A stretch of 64,000 nt of DNA from Amphiscolops sp. MND2022. Lineage: Eukaryota. The position numbers and the translations under genes were made by a program. Numbering within the stretch: the stretch's first letter is position 1; every line of letters starts with the position of its first letter. Below the pieces are notes generated by a model, which worked only from the letters and a program-made list of their open reading frames with translations, did not search any database and was not told the DNA's origin. The stretch covers positions 92,940,001-93,004,000 of the forward strand of contig OZ076409.1 of NCBI GenBank assembly GCA_964187785.1, written 5' to 3'. Positions 61,842 through 64,000 of the stretch are shown here, piece after piece.

Positions 61842-64000
61842 TCAACCGACGAAACCAAACAGTGTAGATTCGCCGGAATTTGTGTTGAAAACACGTTTGT
61901 TACTTGTGACTCGGGCTCGTTTTTCACAAAACTTGTTTTTCAGTTGGCCTGTTCGAACACAACGACTCAGACTACTGTAAGGACTTCGCAATTCATGAGT
62001 CTCATCAAGCACGAGTTTTCTGAAGGTATCGGGGTTGAATGTTTTCTCTGTAGCCCTATTCAGCGTTACACCCTTGACTTTGAAAATATTATACTCCAGT
62101 CCTGTTTTAACGTTGTGAGCAGACAAGCAATAAAACTTTAGCCCTGCACTCCAAAACTTGTCAATCAAGACATCAGGAGGCAGTTCGTCGGTCATTTCGC
62201 CCAGTCCACTCCCAATTGAGATATCCGGGGAATCGGTCAGAGATTGATCGTGGACATACATGATACTGTCTGTATCACAATAAAGTACATTTTAAGGATT
62301 TTTCACCAGCTGCATATTGTTGGAAAGTATTATGTGAGTATGTGCAGTTGTGAAGGCAGCAAGAATCACATTTGTCTTCCGTGGAGCGTCTGCCGCGTCA
62401 TCAATGAGTTGATATTGTAGCAGCATCAAATCATCGCCCACTAGAGTCGCATCTGTAACCCTTGTTCGCGATGTGAAATAGTCCACGACCTCTCGATAGA
62501 TGTTGACGTACTTCGTTTTTGGCATATTATCCCGCATTCTGAGATAACCCCAGAAGCTGTTCAAAAGTATTTTAGCAATAAAGCGTAGACCTTCGTTTTT
62601 CACTATCCTCGCAGGGTCAAGTGAAATGCCTTCTTTCTTCTTCATCTCCTGAAGATAACGCCTCTTATGCTCGGATATCATTTCTGTCGATGAATCAGAA
62701 TTCATCTTCTCTTCACAGCGGCATGTTTTTGGCCAACCAGATGCCTCCATTTTTATTTTCAAAAAGTTATCGATATATTCTTTGAACAATGCCACAGACC
62801 TTTTTGCTCTCGACCAACTCCAAATCTCTGCTACATCTATCACTCGGTTTCCATTTTCCAAAGCAAGCTTACCTTCTCGGGTAGCAAATGTGCCCCAGAA
62901 ACTCCTCTCTTCCACTTGGCGATGAACACACTTCTTTGGTGTCAAGTCCACACTCTTTTTGTCAGGCATGCTGGATCTTTCTTCAACGCAACTTCGACAT
63001 AGCGGGAAAAACAGTTTCGATTGAACTTTGAATGGTAAAATTGGTTGATGTATATCAGACGGTGACAGTACTTGGCATTTTATCAGACCAAAATAATCCT
63101 CGTTTTTCAGTTTTATTTCAACAAAAGTTAAGGGGAATTCCAAAAGCGTTCGTTGCGAGAACTTTCGGAACCTCTGTGGTGGAGGCAGAGAATGTGATTG
63201 TTCAGCTTCACATTGATCTCCTCCCGAGTCTCGTTCGTTACTGGGCATTGTAAGAATCCTGTCAACCCGATCCAAAAATTTAAACTCCACAGCTTTACTT
63301 TGAGCTATATTCACATCCTCGTCAAAGCAACTTGTTTGAGGCGGTTTTTCATTGGCAGAGTTGCTGTTATTCCGAGCCTTTTCTTCACGCACAATCGATT
63401 GTTGTTGCTGTTCTGTAGCAATCAGAATCAAATCAGGATGCCCTGAAGCGTACACTGACCTCGAATTCACATATGGGTACAGCGAACAAACATCGACATA
63501 CTTGAAGGTCTGAGACTGTAGTTGTCGAGACCACTTCATGACAAAATTTTCTGTTCTTCCTCCAAATAAAGCGTCACGAGGCTGTAACGGACTGTAACGA
63601 ATGCTGTCATTTGACATCTGTTGCAGTAGTTTGATGGTACTCAGCCGATACAGTAAGGCCTGATGTATTACACGACTTTGTTCGACCTGCTGGATATCAT
63701 CGGAAATGCTCGAGGGGGAGCTGCTGAGTCTTGCTGATACTGACCTCGGCAAATGCGTCCACGTTGTATCAATTCCTTCTTCGTCTTCAGATATGGACAG
63801 TTCCAACAGTTTTTTAAAGTCACATTCCCAAATGAAAAATATACTATGCACAACAAAACGTAAATTATCTGTTGTTGTGAAGACTGTGCCGTTCGAGATT
63901 TGAGCTGATATCCAGTCCAGTCTGTCCATAACTGTTGTGGTGTACAAATCATGCATTGTTGTAGCATTTCGTTTCTTATTAACCTCATCTCGGTCTGTAT
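61842..64000 (-). pseudogene. Protein-primed family B DNA polymerase, C-terminal part, in-frame stop at 62292
   Basis: RDALFGGRTE, YVDVCSLYP, AKILLNSFWG, AAFTTA, *NVLYCDTDSI, KVKGV. Confidence 0.92.

Larger units (their letters stand above)
50300..64000 (-). mobile_element. Polinton/Maverick (adintovirus-like) element, decayed, continuing past the window end; left boundary approximate
   Basis: Co-oriented pPolB, packaging ATPase, rve integrase, minor capsid, major capsid and adenain protease genes. Confidence 0.9.

Overview
Repeat-dominated eukaryotic (invertebrate animal-like) genomic window. (1) A giant Ty3/gypsy-type LTR retroelement occupies 5705-34507, with 401-bp TG...CA LTRs and a GGGG target duplication, inserted inside a small non-autonomous Helentron-like repeat. 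Without its 11.1-kb internal tandem duplication it is about 17.7 kb. It is built like a complex endogenous retrovirus: a leader with an array of covarying bulged hairpins, two small hydrophobic uORFs, a very long single-frame gag-pro-RT-RH-IN, a Ser/Pro-rich ORF with PSAP and LYPxL motifs, a chuvirus-G/herpes-gB-like envelope gene, and two further unknown ORFs. This copy is decayed by stops and frameshifts. (2) 35-41 kb holds relic LINE fragments and a nest of TIR elements that all carry the same ~178-bp structured core. (3) A CRE-like non-LTR retrotransposon (PHD finger + RT + restriction-like endonuclease) sits next to a duplicated fragment of the only recognisable host gene. (4) That gene is an intronless 4E-T/Cup (EIF4ENIF1) homolog at 44788-46551. 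(5) From about 50.3 kb to the window end lies a decayed Polinton/Maverick (adintovirus-like) element on the minus strand, with protease, major and minor capsid, integrase, packaging ATPase, a PLA2-like ORF and pPolB. All family assignments come from motif recognition by eye, with no database searches; difference counts are manual.
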